The notes beneath the pieces are model-generated. The model did not search any database and was not told the origin of the DNA. It saw only the letters and a list, made by a program, of their open reading frames with translations. A program made the position numbers and the translations under genes. Positions 44,994-63,794 of a DNA stretch of 64,000 nt are shown in pieces (position 1 is the first letter of the stretch; every line of letters begins with the position of its first letter). The DNA comes from the human T2T-CHM13v2.0 reference genome, Homo sapiens. Location: assembly GCF_009914755.1 (NCBI RefSeq), contig NC_060927.1; one strand, written 5' to 3'.

Positions 44994-45360
44994 GGTAACA
45001 GAGTCTCTTGTTCTAACAAAATTAATATTATTATGATAATTGTCCAGCACATTTTTAAAAACAGCTTGTTCTAAGAAGTGAATATATCTCATGAGGTTCC
45101 AACCTATGGAGAATGAGGAAAAAAATAGACCTTGTTTGTAGAAGAATATGTAACATAACTTCTGCTTCTTGTAAAGGAATTACTTTCCCATCTTCTGCAT
45201 TCAATAGGTATCTTCAAAAATAATCTCCTATTTGTATGGGTGCACACTGGCTCAGTTTTATGGTCCTTATTGCCATTTGTTTATGGTATCAGAAAGGGAT
45301 TTTTGAGTTCCCAGTTCTAAAGATAGTTACTTTCTTAGTGACACAAATTCCTGTGTAATA

Positions 45361-45796
45361 CAGTTGACTCTTGAACAACAAGAGTTTGAACTGCAGGGGC
45401 CCACTTATATGTAGATTTTTCTTCTGCCTCTGCAACCCAGAGACAGCAAAACCAACCTTTTTTCTTCTTCCTCAGCCTAATCAACCTGAAGATGATGAAG
45501 ATGAAGACCTTTGGGAGGACTCACTTCTGCCTTATGAATAGTAAGTACGTTTTTTTCTTTTCTATGACTTTCTTTATAACAGCTTCATTTCTCTAGCTTA
45601 CTTTATTGTACAAACATAGTATATAACAATGCAGCACATACCAAATATGCGTTCATGGACTGCTTGTGTTATCAGCAAGGCTTCCAGTCAATGGTAGGCT
45701 ATTAGTTAAGTTTAGAAGGAGTCAAAGTTATACTCAGATTTTCAACTGCACAGGGATCAGAGCCCCTAACTGCCACATTATTCAAGAATCAACTAT
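45361..45796. mobile_element. Tigger2a-like DNA transposon
   Basis: TIRs CAGTTGACTCTTGAA...TTCAAGAATCAACT, TA flanks. Confidence 0.8.
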
Positions 45797-46139
45797 AATT
45801 AATATTTATTTACTAAATACAAACCATTTATTATAAAAATTAAATAGAAGATCCATTTGCATCAAAAGTCCAATTTGTAATAATGTGATTATAGAGGAAA
45901 ATACAACATACTAACTTAAAAATCTAATTTCTTATTTATATTAATACAAAAATATCACGTCGAATTTCAGGGAACATAAGTAGGTAAATGCATTGTTTTC
46001 AGACAATACTGTGAGATTATGAATTAGCTACAACTAACTTCTTAACTCTGAATTCTAAACTAAATAAATTAAATTTAAAAAATGTATATACATATATATT
46101 TTAAACTGCTCTTTTATGATTAAAACTATGTAATCTTAC

Positions 46140-46570
<431 letters not shown>

Positions 46571-47692
46571 CTATGCATAATAAATGTAATAAATAAAATT
46601 ACTATTTTAATAGTGACATGAAAAATATTTACCAACTATGTTAAATTCTTAAAGCATTTCAGACAATATCAGAGCTAATATCAGAACTCTAATGTCCTAT
46701 ACACTTTAAAATTTTAAGCTCTATAAACTTACTAAGCTTCTAATTAAAGAAGAAAAACATGAAGTACTCATAAACTGAGAGAAGCATAGCTCAGTAAATT
46801 AATTCTAGTTAGCTTAACATCCTGGAAAGTGTCCTGCACTCAGAATAAGTCCTCACTTTGTAACCAATAGGTATTTTGTTTTCAGACCAGTTGCTTCTCT
46901 TAGGCTCCATGGCTTTTTCTAAAAAATAAGGATTTTACTACCTTACTTCACTAGGCTGTTAGGAGGATGTAATGAGATAACATGTTTAAATATTCAGAGA
47001 AATAGTAAAGCAATGGAATAATTTATTCTTGAACTGTATTGCTGAAACAATTTTGGAATCTCAAAACCTGATGGGTGTTTTTTCATAGGTTCTAATATTT
47101 GAATGTCACAGTTTTCAGAAAATGTTATTAAGTGCTAATTTTGGTTATTAGTTCTATTCATTGTGGCTTGTAGTTCAGAGCATTTTAGCTAATTCATAAC
47201 TTGTAACTAAATTTATATATAAATATATTATTATCTCATTAAAATAGATTACCTAATTGTTCCCTATTACTGAGCTCATCAATCACACCAAGGGCAGAAA
47301 ACTAATAAATATCAAAACCTGGCTTGGACAACTACCATTCCTTCTCTACCTCCTCAAACTCAGAGCCAGCAGGTCTGTGTTAGAGGCTGCGTCTTCTTGG
47401 TCCTCTCCAACTGACATACAAGACAAAACCTGCTTGTCTTGTTTTTCGGTTCCATGAAAGAGATGCAAGTTGACGTTTCCTCATTTCCAAGTCATGGACT
47501 AACAACATGTTTGCATGTAACATCCCATATGTTACTCAGCGCTGTTCTCATTTCACAGATCACCTTACGTGAATACTTTTATAATAACAGTAACAACAAT
47601 TTCAATATTGGATGTCTCCTGTTTTGGTCTGACTTGCACTGTTTCCTTGGAGCTAGTTAACAAATAGTCAAATGACCTTCTGGGGACTGTGC

Positions 47693-47798
47693 AAAATGTG
47701 GAATGCTTGCTGAATTTGTGTGCCATCCTTAGGCAGCAGCCATGCTTATCTGCTCTGTGTTGATCCAATCTTAGAATATACGCTGCTGAAACAAGCAT
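47693..47798 (-). pseudogene. U6 snRNA retropseudogene (diverged, full length)
   Basis: Minus strand ATGCTTGTTTCAGCAGCGTATATTCTAAGATTGGATCAACACAGAGCAGATAAGCATGGC...GGATGGCACACAAATTCAGCAAGCATTCCACATTTT aligns end to end with U6. Confidence 0.9.
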
Positions 47799-48404
47799 AA
47801 AGCCCTGTTTTATACATGGATACTCATGAGTCATGGATGAGGCTTAGCTCTGTTAAATCCAAATTACCTAGTTTATATACGATAATTCTATTGAATGACT
47901 TCCTGTGAGGTAGAATTTTTAAATATTTTAAAAACTTGGGGTAGAGATGCAAGTAGCCTGAGAGATTTTCGTTGTTATGGAAACATGTTACTTGAGGGGC
48001 CAACTGCAAGTTGGTGCCCACTACTCTATTGCAGGATAATGTGGAACCTTCTGCTATCTAACAAAAGCTGCTACACAGGACAGAAAAAAGCCTCAAGGTA
48101 CAGACGTGATAACAAAAGGGAAAGGGACCTCTGATCTCTTCCTGCCACATTATTTGAATGTCCCTGACTGCTGAAGACAATCCCAACTAACATTTGCTAG
48201 AGAAAAGATGAATACAGGTCTCAAAGGATAACTTACCATCAAGGTCTAGGCTAAGCCTAGCTAAGAGGTGGGCAACAAATAAGGTTTTTAGTGTTAGGGG
48301 AGGGTCAATTTACTCACTATGTGTGTGGGTAAAGCCAGGAGGCCTCGCTGCCAGAGCAGTGTGCTGGGAACAACGGCTGAGCATATGTACATGAACTAAA
48401 AAAC

Positions 48405-48537
48405 ACTGTAGCTGTGAGCTTTGTGTGTGAGTCACCACAAAGACTGAGGGGTCTGAATCAGTAAAGGCATCACTGTAGCTGTGAACTCTGTGTGTGAGTC
48501 ACCACAAAGAGTGAGAGGTCTGAATCAGTAAAGGCAT
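48405..48537. repeat. ~66-bp tandem duplication
   Basis: CACTGTAGCTGTGA...TCTGAATCAGTAAAGGCATC occurs twice. Confidence 0.9.
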
Positions 48538-49119
48538 CCTGGTGGCAAAGGTTAGTCATTACCAGATCGCAGGACCAGTTACAATGGCAGCAATACAAGT
48601 GAATCAATGGAAACAGAATATTTAGAATGGCCTTTTCCCCCTATCTTCTGACTTGTAAAGCAAGATTGTCTTCCTTGGACTTAGGGAACCCCTTAGCTTT
48701 TTGAAAAATTCAAAGGATGAAGGCATAGGAGATAGCCCCAGGGGACAATCCAAGACTTTCTGCTAAACTGGACATTTCAAGACCCAATAACTAATTAGAA
48801 AAGTCAGGCCAGGCATGGTGTCTAGCAGTTTGGGAGGCTGAGGCAGGAGAATCAGTTGAGCTCAGGAATGTGGGCAACATAGTGAGACCTTGTCTAAAAA
48901 AAAAAGAAAGAAAGAAAGAAAGAAAGAAAGAAAAACAAGTAAAAATGTGACGTTATTTATATCTCACATATAAGGTTATATATAAGGTTATACTTGGAAT
49001 AAAATGAACACTGAGATCCCTGGGGATAAAGGTCTTTAAAAGTCCTGAAAGAATCTTGCACTCATTGCTACTTCTAACTAGTCTAGCTTTCTGTGTGATT
49101 TCTGGCTAAACAATGGACT

Positions 49120-49219
49120 AATCACCAACAGCAGGTGCACTTGCCTGGTTCTTCACTAAAAATGCCACCATTTACTGTCTCTTACAAATTACAGCAAGCA
49201 AAAGTGGTGTATTTCCCTC
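49120..49219 (-). pseudogene. ANKRD18DP: Ankyrin exon 4 EGNTPLLLAVICKRQ*MVAFLVKNQA (nonsense codon, donor lost)
   Basis: cttacAG acceptor; TAA at 49172-49174. Confidence 0.85.
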
Positions 49220-52200
49220 CTGTAAGAAAGCAAAAACAATGTGCAATTCACAAAATTACATATTTCTCAATTGAACTAAAAATCTCCTATATGATGCTAT
49301 GAACTTAAACTTACAATATAGCAAGTAAATGCGGAGCAGTCCCTTCCTTTTCACTCCTCTGTGCTTTCCCACACACTGCCTTGCAAACACCCCTCCTCTC
49401 CCTCCCCACGTTAACTTTGATCATCTCCAAAACTGACTTTATTTACCAGTCCTGAAAATCCTTGCTTCTATCACAGCATTTAGCACAATATGTTGTAATT
49501 ATTTCACTGTTTCCCACTGAAACCAAGAGTTTCTTGAGGGCAAGGGCTGTGTCCTTTTTCTCTACAACCCTAAAACCTAATACATAGTAGCAAATGCTTT
49601 AGGTTTTTAAAATAAATTAATGATGAAAATTATTATCTTTAGAGCAGTGTTTCTTAAACTATCTTCCAAGGAATATTTGTTTTACCAGAAGAACTGTACC
49701 CCAACAGAAAGATGCCATGATCACCTGCATTTGAGAAGTATTACAAAACTGTATTATATGGCCAACAATCAAGAAATCCCTTCAACTTTGCCTAATTCCA
49801 ATTTGACAATACTTTTTGTGGCAAACGTTAACATTTTAGGAACTAGAGTTTCAGGGATACAGTTGCCAGAACTTCCCAGTTCAGGTGGAGGTTTCCTCTG
49901 GGTGGTACAAACTTGCTTGATTTACTTCTGTAAATGGTGTCAGGATCCAATGTCAATGTCAGGCACTCCTGATCCGAATGGGTCACTAAGGAAATGAGCT
50001 CTGAATTAAGAGAGACTGGCTTCAATGCACTTATTTTCATTATTATTAAATAGTCCATGGGATTTCTCCTAATACAAGAGGATAGATTTTTATCTTAACT
50101 GTTAGAAAGCTCAGTATATTCTGTGTAAGAGAGACAGGTTAAAAGTGTTTGAAAATAAATATTAAAAAAGCAAAGCTCAGTAAGAAATTTTATTCTCAAT
50201 TATAATGATAACCCTGGGATGCTAATGCAACTTTACTTTTTAAATCCATTTGTATTGGTTTCCATTCAAATTGCTATTTAACATTTTTTTTTTACTTTAG
50301 GCAAAATGTAAATCAGAAATAAAATTACAATGGCTTATCAATAAAAGTTTTAATATTGATGTATATGGCTTATTTCTAGCATAATAAAAGCCAATAAGTC
50401 ACTTGCATTTTTAAGGGACATTGTTGAGAAGCATGACATAATGTTTGCAATATTCATAAACTAGCCAACTCTCACCAGGAATAACCTAAAAAGGCTTCCA
50501 GGCATTCTTATGAGCAGATGACTACTTGTGGTATACATATAAAAAAGAGCTAAAAAAAACTTTTGAATTCTAAACTTGAACCCCATAATTGAGGGATTTA
50601 TAAACTATAGACTATATATTATAAACCAATATACACTGTCTTGAAAATCTTGAAATCTTTATGAAAATATACTATAAAACAGGAGTTGTAAACTCAAATA
50701 CTTATAAGGATGAGGAGATGACCTAAGTAAGTGAAGTACTCAGGTGGGCACAGAAGCCAACTGGAGAATCTGTGCCTCCTACACAGGGCAACCTCTGCAC
50801 AGCAGACCAAGCAGTGATGCGGTTCCGGGGACACCAGATTTGATTCTTAAGACAGGCCTGAGGTCCAGATTTCTGCATGAGTCTACTAAATTTCACATGC
50901 TAACTCAACTTAAAGAGGCAAATGAACAAATCTATGTGCCACAGTTAGACTATAGCCCTTGTGTATTTATAGTTTCCATGAATGTGTACTAAATGATTTT
51001 GTATAAACCAAGTATTTGCATGTGAAACTTTTTCTGTCTCTAGTATCATGTGTTTTATATAAAAATCAGCCCCTGATATATATATAATAAAAATTGCTGT
51101 TAAGACTCATAATACCCACCTGAAGAATTTTCCCAAAATTTATTCATTTGAAATCTGTTTGTATATTATTTTCCCAGATTGTTAACCAAATAGATAATTA
51201 GATCATAAGACTGCCGAAACTAACTTATTAAAAGAATTCCTATAGTATTCTCACCGACTTCATGGATTTCAGTGTTTAAAACTGACATCCTGATTGTGCC
51301 AAAGCTCTATAAACTTAACAGACATACTGACATAGTCCATAATACAATTTCAACTGAAAAAAAAAAACGGTTCAGGATTTGCTACTAATCTAATTGAGAA
51401 AATTTCACTTGTAATGAACATTTGTTGACACATAATCACTTGAATGGTGACAAAGGAACATGAAATTGTGAAAGGGTCAGGCTTTACCTATTGAAAGATT
51501 ACCCACAAGCAAATTGCTAAAGGCTCTCTGAATGGCAGTGAATGATTCCTGGTGGGAAGGAAAAGGTGTGTTTCTGTAAGCTGAGATATATTGCCAGCAA
51601 TATTTCCTTTTACTTTCCAGTCACAAATGTAGAGAAAGATAAGTCAGGCTAACATTATTGGAAAGGAGAACTTTGAAGAAAGTAGCACCTATCAAATGCC
51701 AACTCTTTTAGAGATTTCTTATGTTTTTGAGATACGGGAATTTATATACTGCACTTACCTACTCTGTGGTTCTCAATCAGGAGTGTATTCAAACCCTGAG
51801 GTGTTTTTTTTTTCTGTTGTTGTTGTAAGAGACAAGAGTCTTACTATGTTTCTCAGGCTGGACTCAAACTCCTAGGCTCAAACAATCCTCCCACCTCAGC
51901 CTCCTGAGTAGCTGGGACTACAGAAACAAACCACTGTGTGCGGCTTCAAGAAAATATTTTTAACCATACCTGTTCAGACCTTATTAGCTCAGTTACATCA
52001 AAATCTTCAGGGGAAAGCCTACATTTGTACACTTTTAACAAAATTCCCCCAGGTCACTGTAATGCACAATTCTAGCTGAGAATTACTGCAGAGAATTACT
52101 ACTGCTGAGAATTACTACAATCACTTCACTTTCATCACTCACCCACACCACCAATATCCTTTATCAGCTTGGGATGTGGCCAAAAAGAGAAAAGAGTATG

Positions 52201-52850
52201 AGATAGAGTTATTTATTAACACTCCAGTTAATTTTCCTGGCTATGGGTAGAACAGGGACAAGTAAACTCGAAATCCCACTTGATTTTGCTATTTATAAGC
52301 TCCTTATCTCCTACCTTCCCACCAAGACATTCTAGATTTGAGAGGAGAGTTTGGACTCTTGGCTAAGTGGCTGTTTTTGCCAGGATGGGTAATAAGTCAG
52401 TCACTAATTCGTTCGATCATTTGCTGAAGTGTTTCTCACTGCATCACCAGCTATTCACAGCCAATCTGGTTTCCTCAGAGTCCTCTAAAAATTAATCTTT
52501 AAGCAAGTTTCAATCACTTTGTTTACCAAACCAAAAATAATTACCCCAAAGCTGAAGAGCACTTTGTCTCAATACATAAACTGGAAAAACAACAAACTAA
52601 AAAACAAAACCTCTTATTAGCATTTTTCCTCATTACCTAATTTCCAAGTGACCTACATGTTTTTGATTGCTCTCCTTTTCCTTCCCCATTTTTCCCTCTT
52701 AAACTTTGCCACTGAAAGGCACATCAGTTTTTTTTTTTTTTTGAGAAAACTGTCAGCAGCAGCAAGATTTCCATTTATTGCAAGTTGCTTCAGTTTTGTT
52801 TTGAGTTTTAAGATAAAGCCTATTTCCAGGGTAAATTCTTTTCCTGTGTC

Positions 52851-52852
<2 letters not shown>

Positions 52853-52896
<44 letters not shown>
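52853..52896. repeat. (TG)n microsatellite
   Basis: ~21 uninterrupted TG units. Confidence 0.97.
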
Positions 52897-52900
<4 letters not shown>

Positions 52901-53176
52901 ACGTAATTAGAAAAAAAAATACACCTGGGGTAGGAAACAAATACTTGAAGAAGTTTTACCTTAACAAATTCACAAATACTTCCCATAAGTGCACTAAACA
53001 AGCTGTGCCCTCTAATGCTTCTTTAAAAGTATCAATATTTAAAGTAAAACCTGAGACAATTAAGCTATTTCAAAATATTTTCATTCAGGAATGCCTGATC
53101 ATCCAAATATGAAAAATTGACTCTTACCTATGTCAATGTTAAAACAAATATTTTGAAAAGAAAGTTGATTGATCTA

Positions 53177-53422
<246 letters not shown>

Positions 53423-53497
53423 CTATAAATTCTAAGAATTCAAAATACATATTCCACAGGTTTCACCAACTAGTTATATTTAAATGAGATACATTCA

Positions 53498-53716
<219 letters not shown>

Positions 53717-54094
53717 TCAAAACCTACAATGGTTCATGTCATTGTAAACATTGAAGAGCATTCCTCTGCCTTCAAAACAAATAATTTTCTTTTGAAGAAA
53801 GTACATTTATTAGCTCTTACTGCTCACTCCCTTAATGAAACAGCAGCCTATTTGGACAGAATGAGCTTGGTGTTTGGATTCAGTTCAGCTGGGGCTTGAG
53901 TTCTACTTTGAACTCAGCCACGTACCAGGTATTGCTTAGCCTTTCTGTGCCTCATTTTCCTCATTAATAAAATAAAGATGACAATAGCAGCTAGTTCACA
54001 GGACACCATTGTGATGCTTAAATGGGAATCTATGTAAAGTATTTAGAACCATTTCTAGAACAAGCAACAACTCAATAATTGTTAGATTGTTGGT

Positions 54095-54690
54095 TTTTTT
54101 TTTTTTGAGACAGGGTCTTGCTCTGTTGCCCAGGCTGGAGTGTAATGGTGTATTACATATATTTCATATATTAATGGTGTATTACATATATTTCATATAT
54201 TAATGGTGTATTACATATATTTCATATATTAATGGTGTATTACATATATTTCATATATTAATGGTGTATTACATATACTTCATATATTAATGGTGTATTA
54301 CATATATTTCATATATTAATGGTGTATTACATATATTTCATATATTAATGGTGTATTACATATACTTCATATATTAATGGTGTATTACATATACTTCATA
54401 TATTAATGGTGTATTACATATATTTCATATATTAATGGTGTATTACATATATTTCATATATTAATGGTGTATTACATATATTTCATATATTAATGGTATA
54501 TTACATATATTTCATATATTTCCTCACTGCAGCCTGGAACTCCTAGGCTCAAGTGATCCTCCTGCCTCAGCCTCCTGAGTAGCTGGGACCACAAGAGTAC
54601 ACCAGCATGCTCAGCTAATTATAAAAAAAACCTGTAGAAGGAATCTTGCTTTGTTGCCCAGGCTGGTCTCAAACTCCTGGCATCAAGGGA
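54095..54690 (-). mobile_element. AluJ split by a VNTR
   Basis: Alu sequence runs to GGAGTGTAATGGTG and resumes at CTCACTGCAGCC (~54523). Confidence 0.85.
54143..54519. repeat. 29-bp AT-rich VNTR, 13 copies
   Basis: TAATGGTGTATTACATATA(T/C)TTCATATAT. Confidence 0.97.
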
Positions 54691-55420
54691 ACCTCCCATA
54701 CTTCTATATCTATTGTCACTTTCAATGGTCACATATTATTCCATCCTATGGATGCAACTGAAACTTATTTATAGGACACATTCTGAGGGTTCTTTTTAAC
54801 ATAAATGCTGAGAAAAACAAAGTACACGTATCTCTATTTTCTAAAGGTATTTTAATACAATGGAATTGATAGGTAAATGGCATATACATTTTTAAAATGT
54901 GGTAATTACCACCAAATTATCTATTTGAAAAGTCATCAGCAACTTAAACTTTAGGCAGCAGTGTAAGTACCACTGCTGTTTATTCTCACAAACATTGTGG
55001 ATAGAAAAGAGTCTCATTCCTCTTTTAACTTAAATTCTTTTATGAGAAACACTAAGGACTTTTTCCTATGTACATAAGTAACTTGTGGATCTGCAGAAAA
55101 GTACGTTGCTCACTTTTAGAGTTCTTTTCTTGTGGATTTGATTTGAAAGAATTCCCTATAAAATAAAGATGTGCTTTTTATCTGTATATAAATAACTGAT
55201 ATATATAACATTATGTCACTATTATATACAATTTTTTATATGTATAATCAGTTATATATCATAATATATATAATAAAAAGTAAATTCCCTGTAGGATGAA
55301 GATACACTTTTCATCTGAATATCTATTTATATATATATTAGTAAAAACATATACATAGTAAATATTTTTCAAGTATGTTATCGTTTGTTAATTTTTTTCT
55401 TATACACAGGGGGGTTTTAA

Positions 55421-55718
<298 letters not shown>

Positions 55719-56559
55719 TGGGGGTTTTAATTTTTAGTTTGCTAAATCAACCTTCAGAATGCCTGCTTGTGAGGTCATTCTTAGGAAGGCCTTTGGCAAT
55801 GTAAAATGTACCTGTATAAATAAGCATTTGTGTTTTCTTCTGGTACTTTTCTCATTTTGCATATGTAAAAAATTCAATCTGTATTCCATCAGGAACTCAT
55901 TTTTGTGACATAAAATTTCATTAGTTTTCTTCAAAGAGCAGGCATTTTATTAACAACTCAACCCTTCCTACTCATCTGAAATGTTACCATTATCAGTCCT
56001 TACATCTATATCTTACATATATTTCAGTGTTTCTGGGTTTCCATTCTGTTCCATGTATTTATGTCTTTTCAGCTGATAGTAAATAATTGTGGGAATTAAT
56101 AGCACATTTTGATATCTAGAGGAGCAAGTCTTTTTTTCACTCCATTATAAAAATTTTTAAATGTCATCACAATAGTAAGACAGCAGATGTCGTGCAAAAA
56201 TGATAAATCCTTGATATTTTCATTCGGTTTATGTAAAACTGATAAACATGGAAAGAGCTCATGTTTTGAGAAAACCGAGTCTTCCCATTCAAGGAACCCG
56301 CCTCCCACTTCCAAGTGTCCCTCTAAGAAGCTCCAGTAAAGAACCTGTCTACCTGGGTGGATTCGGATGTAAAACCGACACAGGCTTTTATCTGAGAACT
56401 TTCCGCCTACTGAACATGACTCATGGTATTTTTGACATGGGAATGAGTTCTCATTAAGCACCTCCATGACCCCACGTTTTAAACGAGTATATGCTTAACT
56501 TTGTGAGTTGAATCACTCAACTTCTCCACCAAGTGCTCCAGGCGGGGAATTGCCAGCGA

Positions 56560-58270
<1,711 letters not shown>

Positions 58271-58496
58271 ACTCTGCAGTCACTGGGGATGGAGTTAAGT
58301 TTTCTTATCCCATGCATGCACACGAAAAGGTAACTATTATGTGAGGTAATTAACATGTTAATTGACTTCATTTTGGTAATCATTTCAGAATGTGCATATA
58401 TAAACATATCACACTGTCCACCTTGAATATGTGCAATTTTTATTTCTCTATTAAACCTCAGTAAAGCTGAAAAAATTAACAAGATCGAAAGGATAA

Positions 58497-59618
<1,122 letters not shown>

Positions 59619-60750
59619 TTAAAAAATTAATGGATAGAAAAACCAGATAGAAGCTTGATGAGAAATGGAAGACCTGAACAACAGTATAAGCCATTTAGAG
59701 CTAATACACATATGGAGAACAGTCCACCCAACAACAGCAGAATACACATTCTTTTCAAGCGGATATGGAACTTTCTCTAGGATAGGCCATATCTTCGTCC
59801 ACAAAATATGTCCTAATCATTTTTAAAACCTTGAAATAATACAAAATATAATTTACAATCACAATGGAAGAAACAACAGATACATAAAAAATGAAAACTG
59901 GAAAATTCACAAATATGTGGGAATTACAGAATACACTCTTAAACTAACAGTGAGTGAAGGAATAAATCACAAGCAAAATTATAAAACATCTTGAGACAAA
60001 TTAAAATAAAAACAAAACATACCAAAACTTATTGCATACAGTGAAAGTAGAATTCAAAGGAAAATGTATGGCTATAAACAACTACATTTAAGAAAAAATC
60101 TCAAATCAGTAACTTCACTCTATACCTACGGGCAGTAGAAAAAACAAAAAAAGACTAAATCCAAAGCTAGAAGAACGAAAGAAATAATAAAGATTAGAGC
60201 ATAAATAAATAAAATAGAAGGTTGAAAAGCAGTGGAAGAAATAAACATAGCTAAAAGTTGATTCTTTGAAAGATCAAACCTTTCACTATATTTACTGAGC
60301 AAAAGATGGAAGACTCAGTATTAAAATCATAAATGAAAGTGGCACCATTACTACCAACTTTACAGAAATAAAAAAGGATTATAGGACTATACTGTGAACA
60401 ACTGTATAACAACAAATTAGGTGCCCTGGATGAAATGGATGAATTGCTAGAAAGACACAAACTACCAAAATGGCTCAAGAAGAAAGAGAAAATCTGAATA
60501 GACAAGGAGATTGAATTAGTAATCGAAAGCGATATAACAAAGAAAGATTTATGACCAAATAGCTTCATTAACTGGTGAGTCTACCTAACATTTGAAGAAT
60601 TAACACCATTTCTTCCCAAACTTTTCCGACAAAATGTGTGAAGAAGGAATACTTGCTAATTCACTTTTTGATAACAGCATTATCCTGATACCAAAGCCGA
60701 GATCGCGCCATTGCACTCCAGTCTGGGCAACAAGAGCGAAACTCCGTCTC

Positions 60751-60781
<31 letters not shown>

Positions 60782-62945
60782 GTGTAATATACTATAATAG
60801 TAAAATGAATAAGCACATGATTATTTCAGTTGATGCAGAAAAAACATTGATGAAATACAACACCCGTTTATGATAAAAATACTCAATAAACTAGGCATAG
60901 AAAGGAACTTCTGCAATATGACACTAGGATATATAAAAAAACTGACAGTTAATATCATGCTCAATGATGAAACACTGAAAGCTGTTTCCCTAACATCTAG
61001 AACAAGGCAAGGATGGTGACTTTGCCCCTTCTATTCAACATAGCACTGGCAGTTCTAGCCAGAGAAATTAGGCAAGACAAAGAAATAAAAGGCATCTAAA
61101 TTAGAAATAAAAAAAGAAGTAAAATTATATCTACACATTATCATATATCTATGAATCTCCAAAGAAAACACAAAACCCATTAGAACTAATAAAAGAGGCA
61201 GGATGCAAGACAAACATATGCAAATTAGTTTTATTTCTATATAGTTGTAATGAACTATCAAAACATTTTTAAAATCCCATTTATAATAGCATCCAGAAAT
61301 AAGATATTCAGGCATCAATCTAACTATGGTGGTATACACAAAACTTTGCTGAAAGAAACTAAAGAGAGTTGAAATAACTGGAAAGATATTCTGTGTTCAT
61401 GGATTGTAAGACAATATTGTTAATATGTCAATACCATCTATAGTAATCTATAGATTCAATGCAATACCATCAAAACCCCAAAGACATTTTTTGCAGAAAC
61501 AGAGAAACTCATTCTAAAATTCATACAAAAACTCAAAGGATCTGACATAGATGAAACGATCTTGAAAAAGAACATTGGAAAACTCACATTTTCCAGATTC
61601 ACAACGTGCTACAAATCTACAGTAATCAAGAGAGTGTTTTACTGGCATAAGACCAATTGACATTTAGACCAATAGAATAGAATTGAGATCCTAGAAGTTA
61701 GTCTTCACATATATGGTCGACGACTGTTCAACAAGGGGGCCAAGACCAGTCAATGGAGGAATGAACAGTCTGTTCAACAGCTGGGTATCAGTGCACAGGA
61801 GAGAAGTTAGACCCTTGCCTTGCACTATATACAAAAATTAACTCTAAATTAACAGAAGACTTAAATATAAGGACTAAAATATGTAACTCTTGGACGAAAA
61901 CACACAGGAAACCTTCATGACCTTTGAGTCTTAAGTGTTTTTTGAAATATGACAGAAAAGCACAGATAACAAAAGAAAAAATACATAAGTTAGATTTAAT
62001 CAAAAACTTTCATGCATCAAAGGACACTATCAAGGAAATGAAAAGACAACCCATAGTATGTGAGAAAATATGTATCTGATAAAAGCAAAATGTGTATCTG
62101 ATAAAAGCTTAATATCTCAAAACTCAACAACAGAATTTCTAACATCCCAATTAAAAAATAGGCAAAGGACCTGAATAGACGTTTCTCCAAAGAAGATAAA
62201 CAAATGTCTAATAAGAACAAGAAAAGATGCTCAACACCATTATTCATTGATAAAATGGAAAACCAAACCAAAATGAGATGCCACTTTGCTTCCACTAGTA
62301 TGGCTTTCATAACAACGACACAGAAAATAAATGTTGCTAAGGAGGTGGAGAAATTGGAGCCCTCATGAACTGGCTGCTAGGAATAGAAAATGATGCACTT
62401 GCTGTGAAAAACAATTTGGTACTTCCTCACAGAATCACACAGAGAACCAGAAATTCCACTCCTAGGTATGATACACAAAAAAGTTGACAGCAGGGTCTTG
62501 AACAGATATTTTTACACCAAAGTTAATTGCAGCATTATTCGCCATAGCCAGAGACAACCCTTGTCCATCAACGAATGGATACACAAAATATAATACATAA
62601 ATAATAGAATATTATTCAGCCATTAAAGGGGATGAAGTTCTGATACATGCAACATGGGTGAAACTTGGAAACATGATGCTGAGTGAAGTAAACCAGACAT
62701 GAAATGACAAATGTTGTATGATTCTGCTGATATGAAATATCTAGAACAGGCAAATCTGTGAAGACAGAATGAAGATTAGTGTTTACCAGAGACTGGGGAG
62801 AGGAAGTAATGGTGAGTTACTGTTTAAGGGTACTTTATTTCTTTTTGTGATGGAAATGGAGATGCTGGTTGTACAACACTGGGAATGTACTTAATGCTAT
62901 GAATTATGTACTTAAAATTGTTAAAATTTTAACACAATTAAAAAA
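59619..62945 (+). mobile_element. Old decayed L1M ORF2 and 3' end (begins ~58480; Alu fragment at ~60696-60778)
   Basis: Degenerate EN/RT text (CAGCAGAATACACATTCTTTTCAAG; CTTCTATTCAACATAG; TAGATTCAATGCAAT) with many stops. Confidence 0.85.
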
Positions 62946-63794
62946 TTTAAATACAGATCTGATAATTATTTCTATATCCATTGTTATTTAAAAGTTATTT
63001 GCTCAGTTGCCAAATATTAAGGTTTTTCTGAACATATTTTTGTTATTGATTTTTAATTTAGTCCTGTTTTGCTCAGAGCACAAACTGTCTATGATTTAAT
63101 TTCTTTTATATTTAGTGAGAATTATTTGATGGTCCAGTACTTGATCTATCTTGATTAATGTTCCACAGACATTTGAAAAGTAGATCTGATTATCATCACC
63201 TTTACTCTGTTGATGTCTGTTTCACATTTTGAAGTTTCATTAGGTTCATCCATTTAAGATTGTTAATTTTATGAACTGGCCTTTTTTGATTATGACCTGA
63301 CACCTTTATCTTTGGCAGTACTCCTGTTTTGAAGACCACTTTATCTAATATTAATATGGGCACACCATGTAGGGTTAGTATTTGCATGGCACATTTACAT
63401 CCATACCTTTGCCTAAATGATGTAATAATTACTTTCCAAAACCACCTCCAAAGATGTTCTAAAACTATTATAATTAGGGATAGTTGCACCAGATCTTTCA
63501 AGAACTTTTAAATACCAGGGCTTAGATGACACTGATACCAGGGTACACAAAAATGCCATTAAGATACCTATTATAATTGGAATTTTCAGGGATCAGCTGA
63601 TAAATGGCTTTCTGGTCCACCTTTCTCTCACATTAGTCTAATGGGTTTGTTAAACTACCCTGTGTTCATTGCCCTGGTCATCGAGGACATAATTGAAATG
63701 GATGTACACAGCAACTTACAGAAATTGCATTGGTTTGTTGAAATGTAGAATAAGATCAATTATGGTAGGGAAGACCAAGCAAAAGTTCCGGTAT

